Below, piece after piece: positions 1 through 8,493 of a stretch of 33,964 nucleotides of DNA; the stretch's first letter is position 1; each line of letters opens with the position of its first letter. The notes under the pieces were generated by a model. The model searched no databases and was not told the origin of the DNA. It saw nothing but the letters and a program-made list of their open reading frames with translations. Made by a program: the position numbers and the translations under genes. This DNA comes from Planctomycetaceae bacterium (lineage in GTDB: Bacteria > Planctomycetota > Planctomycetia > Pirellulales > Thermoguttaceae). Where the stretch lies: the NCBI GenBank assembly GCA_031254675.1, contig JAIRTV010000244.1, forward strand, positions 1-33,964, given 5' to 3'.

Positions 1-392
1 ATTTCATTTTAATACCTCTTTTGGTGTTGATTTTATTTGAACACGGAAAACACAGAAAAGTTTTATGATCAATCATTCGTTGACATATTTAATTTTTCAA
101 AAAAAACGTGAACGGTTACAAAAAATCTACGTAACCGGCTCCATGATTGTCGTGGCTCTAATTTCACCAAAAAGTTCTTGCGTTGTCGTATTAAAGAATC
201 CCGAAAAAGAAAAAAATTGCCAAAATTGCTAAAAAAATATGATTTCACGATAGATTGTGGAATTTTAATTTGGGCGAATCTTGATTTTCGGCTATTTTGA
301 TGTAAATTGCTAAAGATTGAAATACATCGTCTCCACTCCGAAACGATCAATGTATTGATTCATGGCATTACCCAATCAATAGTTATAGTAAA

Positions 393-1169
393 GTGCGGAA
401 CATCAATAATATTATGATTACGGAAAATTGTCCGGAACCAATTGTCTCTTCCTATTTTCGTAGGAAAGACATTTTTGATTGGATGATTGCGCTTTTTCTG
501 TTTATTTTTACGGTTCCGATTATTGTTGTAACTATTGTGATTGTTCGTCTTACTTCCAAAGGACCGGGGATTTACAAACAGGTTCGGCTCGGCAAAGATG
601 GTAAGGCATTTATGATTTACAAAATTCGTTCTATGCGAGTTGATGCGGAATCGGCAACCGGTCCCATCTGGGCAGCCCGAAAAGATCAACGTGTTACGTT
701 GGTTGGCAAACTCATCAGAAAAACACACATCGACGAACTACCACAATTATACAACGTTTTACGCGGCGATATGGCTTTGGTCGGACCAAGACCGGAACGT
801 CCGGAATTTGTCAATGAATTGGAAAAACGGATTGATGGCTATTTCTTCCGGCTGTCGGTCAAACCGGGAGTAACCGGTTTAGCTCAACTCAATCAAGATT
901 CCGACATCAACTTAAATGATGTTCGCCAAAAATTGGTTTACGATTTCGAATATATTGAAAAAGCGTCCTTCCGGTTTGATGTTCGATTACTTTGCGGTTC
1001 TGCTCTCAAAGTGTTTCGCCTTTGCAATCCGTGGACGTTGAAATTGTTGGGACTTTATTACGAAATCGCGCAGTCTCCTTGGTCTGCGCCATTACAAGTC
1101 GCATCAAGTATCATTCCCAAAGATGAAGAACGTCTGTCAGGAATATTTGAAAAACGAGTTGCGTCGTAA
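393..1169 (+). CDS. Bacterial sugar transferase (polyprenyl-phosphate sugar-1-phosphate transferase, WbaP/EpsL-like)
   Basis: 258-aa ORF. It has one N-terminal TM helix (WMIALFLFIFTVPIIVVTIVIV) followed by family hallmarks KGPGIYKQVRLG, FMIYKIRSM and DELPQLYNVLRGDMALVGPRPERPEF. The start could instead be the downstream Met at 414. Confidence 0.85.
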   Translation: MRNINNIMITENCPEPIVSSYFRRKDIFDWMIALFLFIFTVPIIVVTIVIVRLTSKGPGIYKQVRLGKDGKAFMIYKIRSMRVDAESATGPIWAARKDQRVTLVGKLIRKTHIDELPQLYNVLRGDMALVGPRPERPEFVNELEKRIDGYFFRLSVKPGVTGLAQLNQDSDINLNDVRQKLVYDFEYIEKASFRFDVRLLCGSALKVFRLCNPWTLKLLGLYYEIAQSPWSAPLQVASSIIPKDEERLSGIFEKRVAS

Positions 1170-1312
1170 CATCGTAATGACCGTGTACGGTTAATATTGT
1201 GCTGTTAATAATTTAATAACCTTTTTAAAACCCCTTAACTTTCAAGAGCGTGAAAAAAATTCCAAAATATATCGAAAATTTATGACGGTTTTTCCGTCAG
1301 GAGGAATGTCCA

Positions 1313-1969
1313 ATGAGTGCAAATCACAGTTTGATTTTGTTTGCAGGGGATATGACATCCCAATTGCCATCCGTGTTTTCTTGTTTCGGTTATCGAATGA
1401 CCGGCACGGTTGAAGTTGCCAAAGGATTGCCTCAAATTTGGGAATATACGAATTGGCCTCGACGGTCGCGTCCCCACAATATCGTTCACAAAGCAGTACT
1501 CTACAATGGCACGTGGACTGCTATTTTAGATCGAGAAATGACCATGATTCTCAATCAGGAAATTTGTATTGCGTGTGCCTCGCAATTCAATACCAAAATT
1601 TTTGGTTATATGATTGAAAGTGTTTCTGGAACTTGTGCTCTTTATTTGTATTCACCGGAAAAAGTACGCGGTCTCAATATCCAGAATTTTGAAATACTGG
1701 AAGATTTCGGCGAACCTCTTCCGCAAGAGGCTGGAATCACGACCGAAGAAATGCTCGCCGATGGTGCCATGCGAATTTCACGGCGCATCGGTTTTTCCGA
1801 TTCGCTTTTTGCTCACCCCACGTCGAAAGTCCTCGTCGTTGGGATGGAAGACCCAACACGAACACAAACACATCAACAAAATCGCCAGCCAACTCACAAC
1901 CCAAACAAACACGCCAAGGTTGCTCCACCCAGTCACCGAATCGAAAAACCATGGTGGAAATTGTGGTAA
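1313..1969 (+). CDS. Hypothetical protein
   Basis: 218-aa ORF with an AGGAGG Shine-Dalgarno 6-7 nt upstream of the ATG (gtcaggaggaatgtccaATG). No recognisable motifs. The C-terminus is a low-complexity Q/N/P/H-rich tail. Confidence 0.5.
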   Translation: MSANHSLILFAGDMTSQLPSVFSCFGYRMTGTVEVAKGLPQIWEYTNWPRRSRPHNIVHKAVLYNGTWTAILDREMTMILNQEICIACASQFNTKIFGYMIESVSGTCALYLYSPEKVRGLNIQNFEILEDFGEPLPQEAGITTEEMLADGAMRISRRIGFSDSLFAHPTSKVLVVGMEDPTRTQTHQQNRQPTHNPNKHAKVAPPSHRIEKPWWKLW

Positions 1970-2079
1970 AATGATAAAAAATTGCCCCCCCGTCTTGGCA
2001 AAAAACGAAAGCTGTGTACAATCACGTTTTCTTTAAATTGACACCTTCAATTTATGTAAATCTGGCACATTTGATGATT

Positions 2080-2520
2080 ATGAACAAAACTTACATGGCA
2101 AAACCGAACGAAGTCCCGCAAAAATGGTACCTCGTTGATGGAACAGACAAAGTGGTCGGACGTTTGGCAAGCGATATCGCCATGATCCTCATGGGGAAAC
2201 ATCGACCCACTTATACTCCCCATGTCGATACCGGCGAATATGTTATCGTAACAAATGTCGATAAAATCGTGTTTACCGGCAAAAAACTTGATCAAAAGAA
2301 ATATACCTGGTACACAAAGTGGCCTGGTCTTCGAACCGAAACTGCCCGCCACCGGCTGGAACACAAACCCGAACTCATTTTAACCGAAGCGGTTCGGCGA
2401 ATGTTGCCCAAAAATAAACTCGCTAAAAAAATGCTCGCAAAACTAAAAGTTTACCGAACAGGTGTTGCCCACCCACATCAGGCTCAAAAACCTGAAGTCC
2501 TTGATTTAGCGAAAAAATAG
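2080..2520 (+). CDS. rplM: 50S ribosomal protein L13
   Basis: MNKTYMAKPNEVPQKWYLVDG...GRLAS...GKHRPTYTPHVDTGEYVIV...KLKVY is colinear with E. coli L13 ([20 protein letters not shown]...). I moved the start from the 2014 track start to the Met that matches the L13 N-terminus. Confidence 0.93.
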   Translation: MNKTYMAKPNEVPQKWYLVDGTDKVVGRLASDIAMILMGKHRPTYTPHVDTGEYVIVTNVDKIVFTGKKLDQKKYTWYTKWPGLRTETARHRLEHKPELILTEAVRRMLPKNKLAKKMLAKLKVYRTGVAHPHQAQKPEVLDLAKK

Positions 2521-2618
2521 TCATTATTCAGTTTGTCAAAAATATTATTATCACGAAATTCTACTGAATAATTGTAAAAAATAAACTCAAATATAAACAA
2601 AAGTGTAAGCTCAAAATT

Positions 2619-2697
2619 TGTTGGTAACTATTTCGTACAATATGTTACCAACACCAATCTTTAAGATCAAAAAATTAAAATGGTTCATTTTGGTAAC
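2619..2697 (+). promoter_or_regulatory. Alternative stem-loops in the rplM-rpsI spacer, overlapping the rpsI start
   Basis: TGTTGGTAAC (2619-2628) and GTTACCAACA (2644-2653) form a perfect 10-bp stem. A third segment, TTGGTAAC (2690-2697), lies just inside rpsI and could pair with the same GTTACCAA instead. Confidence 0.3.
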
Positions 2698-3105
2698 TTT
2701 ATTATTGAAGGTAACGGTAAAGAAGATTTTCTTGGAACGGGACGTCGTAAGTCGTCGGTTGCACGAGTTCGAGTGCGTCCGGGAACAGGGAAAATTAGTA
2801 TCAATTGCCGTGAATTGGACGATTTTTTCAAAACCGCTCAACAACGGAATGCGGTTCTGGCTCCGTTGGTGTTGACCGAGAAACAAAACGATGTCGATGT
2901 GTTGATTCAAGTTGAGGGCGGTGGCACAACTGGTCAAGCCGATGCGTGTAAACTTGGGATTGCGCGGGCAATTAAAAAATTTGATCCGGAAACGGAACCG
3001 ACTTTGCGTGAACACAGCCTCTTAACACGCGACGCACGCGAAGTAGAACGCAAAAAATACGGTCTCCGAAAAGCACGACGCGGTACTCAATTCTCAAAAC
3101 GTTAA
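2680..3105 (+). CDS. rpsI: 30S ribosomal protein S9
   Basis: GTGRRKSSVARVRVRPGTGKISIN...GGGTTGQADACKLGIARA...LLTRDAREVERKKYGLRKARRGTQFSKR is near-canonical S9, including the C-terminal RKARR.QFSKR. Confidence 0.93.
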   Translation: MVHFGNFIIEGNGKEDFLGTGRRKSSVARVRVRPGTGKISINCRELDDFFKTAQQRNAVLAPLVLTEKQNDVDVLIQVEGGGTTGQADACKLGIARAIKKFDPETEPTLREHSLLTRDAREVERKKYGLRKARRGTQFSKR

Positions 3106-3296
3106 AGATATTTTCAACAATATTTGTTCGTAAGAGCGAAAACAAAAATCGATACGTTAATAAAGAATGAAAGTAGGGAAATGTTGCCGAAACAGTTAGG
3201 TATGGTAGAATCCGAATGTTTTGTATTCTTCACACTTAAAATTTCGGCTTTTGTTTTCGATTCTTTCCGTCACTCTTATGAAATGATTTTCGTACG

Positions 3297-4778
3297 ATGC
3301 CGCGAACTCCGCAACAACTTCGAGAAGATTTGTTAGCCATCTGGAATGCTGGAGTTGAAGGAGTTCGGGTTGACCGTCTAATTCGAAATTCTGTTGCACT
3401 TGACGGCAATGTCTTGCAAATCGGTAACGAAATTTATCCGCTCCGTGAAATTGATCGAATTGTTGTTATCGGCGGCGGTAAAGCGTCGGGAGCGATGGCG
3501 GAAACACTTGAATCAATTTTGACGCCGCTGTTTGATCAGAAAGAAATCATCGGCTGGATTAATGTTCCGGAAAATTGTGCGAAACCGTTGCGAAAAATAT
3601 TCCTCCATCCAGCCCGCCCAATTGGTGCGAATGAACCAACCGAAGCCGCCGTCAAAGGAACTGATAAAATTCTCGATCTGGTGAAAAATTTGAAACAAAA
3701 TGATTTATGTTTCAATTTGCTTTCCGGTGGTGGTTCGGCGTTATTACCGGCTCCGATACCGGAAATATCGTTACAAGACAAACTTGAAATAACTCGATTT
3801 TTGAGCGAGTCCGGCGCAACAATTCAGGAATTGAACACCGTTCGGAAACAACTTAGCCGTATTAAAGGTGGGAAGCTGAAATCGCTTTGTTACGGTAAAC
3901 GTCTTATCAGTTTGATTCTTTCGGATGTATTGGGTGATCCGTTGGACGTGATTGCTTCGGGTCCAACCGTTGACAACAGCAGTTCAATCTTTGATGCGTT
4001 GGCAGTTCTCCGTCAATTTGCGCCTTCCATTGTTGAACAGGTTTTTACTGTTGATCGTCAAAACTCGTCAAAATTTGTTGCTAATAATGTTGAAGAAACT
4101 GACTCGGCTTGTCAAAAAGCGTTGCGTCATATTTGCCGTTATTTTCAGCAACAAATATCGTCAACACATTCCTCCGAACCGAAACTTGATTCGCAAGGCG
4201 AATTTGTACGGAATTTGATTATCGGTAATCTGGCAACAGCGGTGGATGCGGCTGGTAGTGAAGCGTTACGTCGTGGATATTCTTACACGATGCATGTTTC
4301 CCGCAAAAGTGAAGGTTTTGCTGATGATGTTGGGGTTTCTCTGGCGGATTTGGCGCTCAATATGAAACATTCTGATTGTTTGATTCATGGTGGTGAACCG
4401 GTTGTTAAATTGGTTCCGTCTGAGCAACGTGGAAAAGGTGGACGCAATCAACAACTTGTTCTGGCGGCGTTGATTTATCTTATGAATCAATTGAAACTGG
4501 AAACGAATCCCGATGCCTTTCCACAAGTGGCAATTCTTTCGGGTGGTACGGACGGAGAAGATGGTCCTACGGATGCAGCAGGTGCGTGGATTGATCCGAT
4601 TTTCTGGTTGGAGTTTCGGGAAAAAATCAAAACCGATCCGCAATTTCATCCCATGACATTTCTCCAACATAACAACGCTTACCATTTTTTTGAACCGTTG
4701 AAAACTTTGCTCAAAACCGGAGCAACCGGAACCAATGTCTGTGATTTACGAGTGATTCTTGTTGATCGCATGTCCTAG
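3297..4778 (+). CDS. Glycerate 2-kinase / hydroxypyruvate reductase-like protein (DUF4147 + MOFRL family)
   Basis: 493 aa. Motifs GGGKASGAMAE, LLSGGGSALL, RIKGGKL, ILSDVLGDPLDVIASGPT, GGEPVV, GKGGRNQQL, LSGGTDGEDGPTDAAGA and TGTNVCDLRVIL are typical of TtuD/GckA-type glycerate kinases. Confidence 0.85.
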   Translation: MPRTPQQLREDLLAIWNAGVEGVRVDRLIRNSVALDGNVLQIGNEIYPLREIDRIVVIGGGKASGAMAETLESILTPLFDQKEIIGWINVPENCAKPLRKIFLHPARPIGANEPTEAAVKGTDKILDLVKNLKQNDLCFNLLSGGGSALLPAPIPEISLQDKLEITRFLSESGATIQELNTVRKQLSRIKGGKLKSLCYGKRLISLILSDVLGDPLDVIASGPTVDNSSSIFDALAVLRQFAPSIVEQVFTVDRQNSSKFVANNVEETDSACQKALRHICRYFQQQISSTHSSEPKLDSQGEFVRNLIIGNLATAVDAAGSEALRRGYSYTMHVSRKSEGFADDVGVSLADLALNMKHSDCLIHGGEPVVKLVPSEQRGKGGRNQQLVLAALIYLMNQLKLETNPDAFPQVAILSGGTDGEDGPTDAAGAWIDPIFWLEFREKIKTDPQFHPMTFLQHNNAYHFFEPLKTLLKTGATGTNVCDLRVILVDRMS

Positions 4779-5145
4779 GTTGAGGAAATGAAATAAATAT
4801 TGTCTTTTCCTAAAACAATAAATATATTTTTGTAACCATTCGGTAATATTTTTGTTGTTGGTCTCAATTCCATTGTGAAGAATTCGTGTCAAAAATATTG
4901 TTGTGAAGGTTGAACAATAAGAAAGTCGTTCACATTGTTTACATACTTTGAATAAAAAATGCTGCTGAATAGTTAGGTTGGGTTTACATTGGATATACTT
5001 TGTGGTTAAAATATAAAAGTATCTAAACTCATTACGGGGCGAAATGGACGCAAACAACTCAACACAACTTGATGGGTAAAAGTGAAATCGTTTCTGTAAT
5101 CCGTAATATTGTAAGAAAAACTCTTTAAAATCAATGAGGTGCTGT

Positions 5146-5988
5146 ATGAAAACACGGACAATTTTATTTTTTGTTTCATTTTTGTTAATTCCAAGTCTTT
5201 ATGCCGGTGGGTTGACGATTCAATTGAGTGGCGAATATGATGATGTTACATTTGTTGGTGCGATTTACCGTTGGGATGCGGACGGTTTGCCGAAGCAAGC
5301 GGATAGTTCTGCACGTGTTGCCAAAGCGCGAGCGGAAGCCCCTAAAATTGATGAACCTTGGGTAGATTTTCGTGCCGCTAATAAAGGCAATGGAACATGG
5401 GTTATTGAATCGATATTGCCGGGAATTTACGATTTGATTATTATCAAGGGCGGAACCAAACAACGTTTTGAAGGTTGGCGTTATGCTCCGGTGCTTGATT
5501 TTGAAGAATTTTTTCCTCCTGACGCGGAGGTGTTGTGTGATCAGGACAACGATGGTACTAATGAAACGGTTAAAGATGAAGAAAGCCGAAAATGGGTTGA
5601 TAAAACGATTCGCGAATCGAAACATTACGAAAATAAAGTGATTCCACTTTATATTGGTGGAAGTTACAAAAAAGGGCAAATCCGACCAAAACAAATTCGG
5701 GCTCTTGTTTTATTGTTGCGTGATCTCCAGACAACATTGGATCAAGATTCGGCGACAATGCGTTTCGAAATTTGGCAATTTGAAGATCGTTCCGGTGGTT
5801 ACGTTAAACAAAAACGTACTCATGTTTTGCATCGAATTATTATGCCCCGTAATGAATTGCGACAATGGGTTTGGCTTTGGGATCCGGTATTGGGCAACAT
5901 CAGTATCGGTAAAACCGAACAAAAAACTGTCAAATACAATATTCCAAACCCAACAAATACAAAATTGCAAGGACTTTTACCTTATTGA
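5146..5988 (+). CDS. Secreted hypothetical protein
   Basis: The start is set at MKTRTILFFVSFLLIPSLYA (signal peptide), with a GAGGTG RBS just upstream. No recognised catalytic motifs. GTWVIESILPGIYDLII suggests a small beta-sandwich. Confidence 0.6.
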   Translation: MKTRTILFFVSFLLIPSLYAGGLTIQLSGEYDDVTFVGAIYRWDADGLPKQADSSARVAKARAEAPKIDEPWVDFRAANKGNGTWVIESILPGIYDLIIIKGGTKQRFEGWRYAPVLDFEEFFPPDAEVLCDQDNDGTNETVKDEESRKWVDKTIRESKHYENKVIPLYIGGSYKKGQIRPKQIRALVLLLRDLQTTLDQDSATMRFEIWQFEDRSGGYVKQKRTHVLHRIIMPRNELRQWVWLWDPVLGNISIGKTEQKTVKYNIPNPTNTKLQGLLPY

Positions 5989-6074
5989 TTCTGATCGTTT
6001 CGAAAACTCTCTGATATTTTTGGATTGTGGAAAGCGAGTTGTATTGATTCCTTTGAGTACAATCTAAAATTGTT

Positions 6075-6390
6075 TCATATAATTATTTCGTTGCGCACGA
6101 AATATTGGTTTCTATCTTTTTTAACCCAGATATTTTGGTATTCCTTTTTTACTTCGGTGATCAACGATGGATGTGGAATCCGGTTGGCGGAAACGAAACC
6201 GTTCATACAAAAATTTTGTTCACTTGGAACATCGGGCGGTTCAAAATCATCACCGAATGCCATAAACGTTTTCTTTTCAACAGGAATTTCTTTGATAGAA
6301 TCAACAACAACATTGGAACGCATTGGGAATGTGTTGATACCGAGCGATTTAGGATTTTCCCAATCATTTGGAAACCAAATTGCTGTCCGA
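6075..6390 (-). pseudogene. Possible 3' gene fragment of unknown family, truncated at a repeat element
   Basis: The frame is open from a TAG at 6408-6410 to the stop at 6075 (...AIWFPNDWENPKSLGINTFPMRSNVVVDSIKEIPVEKK...). The only Met is internal (6323), and the upstream end runs directly into repeat copy A. No family recognised. Confidence 0.3.
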
Positions 6391-6402
6391 AAACAGGGGC
6401 AA

Positions 6403-6542
6403 GTCGGCTACCGCCGACGTGATGTTTCGGCGAAACATCACCCACCTTCTTTCGACTAAACATTGTGTCGGCGATAGCCGACTCAAACTTGTCGACGGTT
6501 GGCAATTTGTGTTTCCAACGGTTTGGAGTCTAATTGCCAACC
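6403..6542. repeat. Modular nested-palindrome intergenic repeat, copy A
   Basis: Modules in order: GTCGGC-TACC-GCCGAC (6403-6418). GTGATGTTT-CGGCG-AAACATCAC (6419-6441, 9-bp stem). CCCACC. GTCGGC-GATA-GCCGAC (6467-6482). GTCGAC. GGTTGGCAATT...AATTGCCAACC (6497-6542, 11-bp stem). The modules recur at 7026-7085, 14625-14745 and 21634-21870. Confidence 0.85.
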
Positions 6543-6650
6543 GGAAATAGAGGCAAGTTGGTTATTGGTGAACACTAGGAAAATAATTCACAAAGTTCAA
6601 ATGAAAAAACCGAAAAATAAGGTTACAATAATATCTAAAATAGAAACTTG

Positions 6651-7046
6651 TTATGGTAACGTTACGGTTTGTCCATCAGATACATGACCTAAACGAAATA
6701 AAACTCCGATAACTGGTGTTGTTACAGACCATGCATGAACAGTGCCATCACCAAGCAAAAATGGACAGACACCCGGATGCCAACTGCCAAAACCATAATG
6801 TTCACATCCATTTCCGCTTTCCAGATAATCATAAGGACGTGCTAACAAAAAGTGTGCACCAGCAGAATAATTATTATTCCCATAAAAAAAGTTGCAAAAA
6901 GAACGTCCTGAAGGCATATTGCGTCTATTTCCAAGTGTTTGATATCCGCAGTCTGGATAGTTTTTATTTGCTACGGTTTCACCGGTAGCATGAATACCAC
7001 AAAATCCTAATTGAGTGGTTGGAATATGTTTTTCGCCAAAAAGTTT
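6651..7046 (-). pseudogene. DUF1559-family protein, C-terminal remnant (N-terminal prepilin half missing)
   Basis: The minus-strand frame is open from 7046 to the stop at 6651. It reads ...IPTTQLGFCGIHATGE...GFGSWHPGVCPFLLGDGTVHAWS..., which matches the conserved C-terminal SYH.GG......DGSV box of the intact paralog at 26048-27295 ([20 protein letters not shown]). There is no N-terminal [14 protein letters not shown] segment. The 5' end abuts repeat copy B. Confidence 0.7.
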
Positions 7047-7085
7047 TCACTCACCATTGTGTCGGCAATACCCGACTTGACCATC
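7026..7085. repeat. Modular nested-palindrome intergenic repeat, copy B (short, degenerate)
   Basis: ATGTTTTTCGCCAAAAAGTTTTCAC is a degenerate version of the GTGATGTTTCG(G/C)CGAAACATCAC hairpin. It is followed by CATTGTGTCGGCAATACCCGAC (7061-7076 = GTCGGC-N4-(G/C)CCGAC), colinear with copy A 6461-6482. Confidence 0.7.
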
Positions 7086-7278
7086 AATTTCTTAACCCTT
7101 TTTTTGGAATGAGCCGTTTCTAAAAAATAATCTCAAAAACTTGTTTTCACAACAAAATACTTATAAAACGAAATATTATCGTTCAAAATTACAGCATCTC
7201 ATCAAAACGATTTATTTCACTGTCTTAATCAAAAATTAAAAATTAGACATAATATATTTGATGAGTTGACGAATGGGC

Positions 7279-7306
7279 TTGACAGTTACCGGATATTTGT
7301 CATAAT
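7279..7306 (+). promoter_or_regulatory. Sigma-70-like promoter for the small basic protein gene
   Basis: TTGACA (7279-7284), a 16-nt spacer, then CATAAT (7301-7306), about 50 nt upstream of the ATG at 7359. Planctomycete promoter rules are poorly defined. Confidence 0.4.
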
Positions 7307-7358
7307 AAGAACCAGTTTATTTCAATTTCCGTATTTGATTTTACAAAAGGAGTTTTCA

Positions 7359-7553
7359 ATGCCTAAAAAATCAGTGAAAAAGACCGTGAAAAAAACGGTC
7401 AAAAAAGTTACTCGTAAAGCGGGAGTCGGTCGCCCGAAAGGAAGCGGCAAATTTGGTTGTCCAACAACAGTCGTTCGGATTCCGGCACATCTCAAACAAG
7501 ATGTTCTGGATTTTGCGATTCAAAAATTGAAGTCAAAGAAACCCGCAGAATAG
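7359..7553 (+). CDS. Small Lys-rich DNA-binding-like protein (H1/Hc-like KK-repeat tail plus AT-hook-like GRPKGSGK)
   Basis: 64 aa: MPKKSVKKTVKKTVKKVTRKAGVGRPKGSGKFGCPTTVVRIPAHLKQDVLDFAIQKLKSKKPAE. An AAGGAG RBS lies 7 nt upstream of the ATG. The 7266 track start is a TTG with no RBS. Confidence 0.65.
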   Translation: MPKKSVKKTVKKTVKKVTRKAGVGRPKGSGKFGCPTTVVRIPAHLKQDVLDFAIQKLKSKKPAE

Positions 7554-7572
7554 CGGAATAACAAAATCGTTC

Positions 7573-7599
7573 GATGAATTACTCTTTCACTAATTCATC
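7573..7599 (+). terminator. Hairpin downstream of the small basic protein gene
   Basis: GATGAATTA-N9-TAATTCATC is a perfect 9-bp stem starting 20 nt after the stop. There is no immediate U-tract, so it is weak as an intrinsic terminator. Confidence 0.35.
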
Positions 7600-7692
7600 A
7601 GAACGGTTTTATTTAGTTTAGAGAGAAAATTTTATTCTGTAATCTTCATCAGAATCGCTTTCTTTATAAACGTTTCTGTTAATGACAACATA

Positions 7693-7728
7693 AAAATAGA
7701 CAGTTATTTTAATGTAACTGTCTATTTT
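7693..7728. terminator. Strong AT-rich hairpin (possible bidirectional terminator)
   Basis: AAAATAGACAGTTA-ttttaatg-TAACTGTCTATTTT is a perfect 14-bp stem flanked by an A-run and a T-run. It lies between the small gene and purE. Confidence 0.4.
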
Positions 7729-7907
7729 GTTATATTTTCGGTACTTTAAAATTCGGTTTTTATTTTTTCATAAACAAAACGGAACAATGTTCGCCATTGA
7801 GTAAAAATTGCGAGAATCTTTATCACTGTTCATGTAAATAGTTACAAACAAATAAACACAGAAAATAAATTCAACGGCGAATTAGTTACAACACAACTAT
7901 CAAAACA

Positions 7908-8408
7908 ATGCAAGTTGGTATTTTAATGGGTAGCGACAGCGATTGGCAGAAAATCAATGGTGTTGCAAAAGCATTGGATGAGTTTGGAGTTGCGTATGAA
8001 ATCAATGTGATGAGTGCGCATCGAACTCCAGATGTTGTCAAACAATATGCAGAAGAAGCGGCAGGGCGTGGTCTTTTTGTTATAATCTGTGCGGCGGCAG
8101 GAGCGGCGCATTTAGCGGGAGTTGTCGCATCGCATACAACATTGCCGGTAATTGGTATTCCTGTGCCGACAGAACTTTCCGGCGGTCTTGATTCATTACT
8201 CTCAACAGTTCAAATGCCGGGCGATGTACCCGTGGCAACTGTTGGAGTTGGTACGGGGGGGGCTCGCAATGCCGGAATTCTCGCGGTTCAGATTCTCGCC
8301 CTTTCAAATCCAACTCTACAACAAAAATTGCACGATTTCCGAAAAGGACTCGTCAAAAAAATCTCCGAAAAAAATGTGAATTTGAAAAAAATAATTGATG
8401 TAAAATAA
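7908..8408 (+). CDS. purE: N5-carboxyaminoimidazole ribonucleotide mutase
   Basis: VGILMGSDSDW, SAHRTP, AAGAAHLAGVVAS.TTLPVIGIPV and VATVGVG are canonical PurE motifs. Confidence 0.93.
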   Translation: MQVGILMGSDSDWQKINGVAKALDEFGVAYEINVMSAHRTPDVVKQYAEEAAGRGLFVIICAAAGAAHLAGVVASHTTLPVIGIPVPTELSGGLDSLLSTVQMPGDVPVATVGVGTGGARNAGILAVQILALSNPTLQQKLHDFRKGLVKKISEKNVNLKKIIDVK

Positions 8409-8493
8409 TATCATTGTCGCACTTAAAATTCAACTTTGCAATTCTGTACAAAATCTGTGTTTGCCGAAACATCGTTCATCTTGTTTGCGGGAA

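Noticed and set aside
69-728. Minus-strand ORFs 69-350 and 360-728
   Set aside because: The second overlaps the sugar transferase gene antisense. The first has a low-complexity, K/F/R-rich translation with no RBS or motif. The region is more likely the promoter or leader of the sugar transferase gene.
6025-6550. Several 60-144-aa ORFs on both strands (6025-6459, 6105-6422, 6203-6505, 6368-6550)
   Set aside because: They traverse the palindromic repeat modules, which are open in many frames on both strands. They also overlap each other, so they are best explained as repeat-generated artefacts. Only the 6075-6390 minus frame looks like former coding sequence.
7359-7553. Ribbon-helix-helix assignment for the small basic protein
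   Set aside because: After the AT-hook-like motif there is only one beta-strand and one helix (about 34 aa). This is too short for a full RHH fold, so the RHH-heptad link remains speculation and is not annotated.
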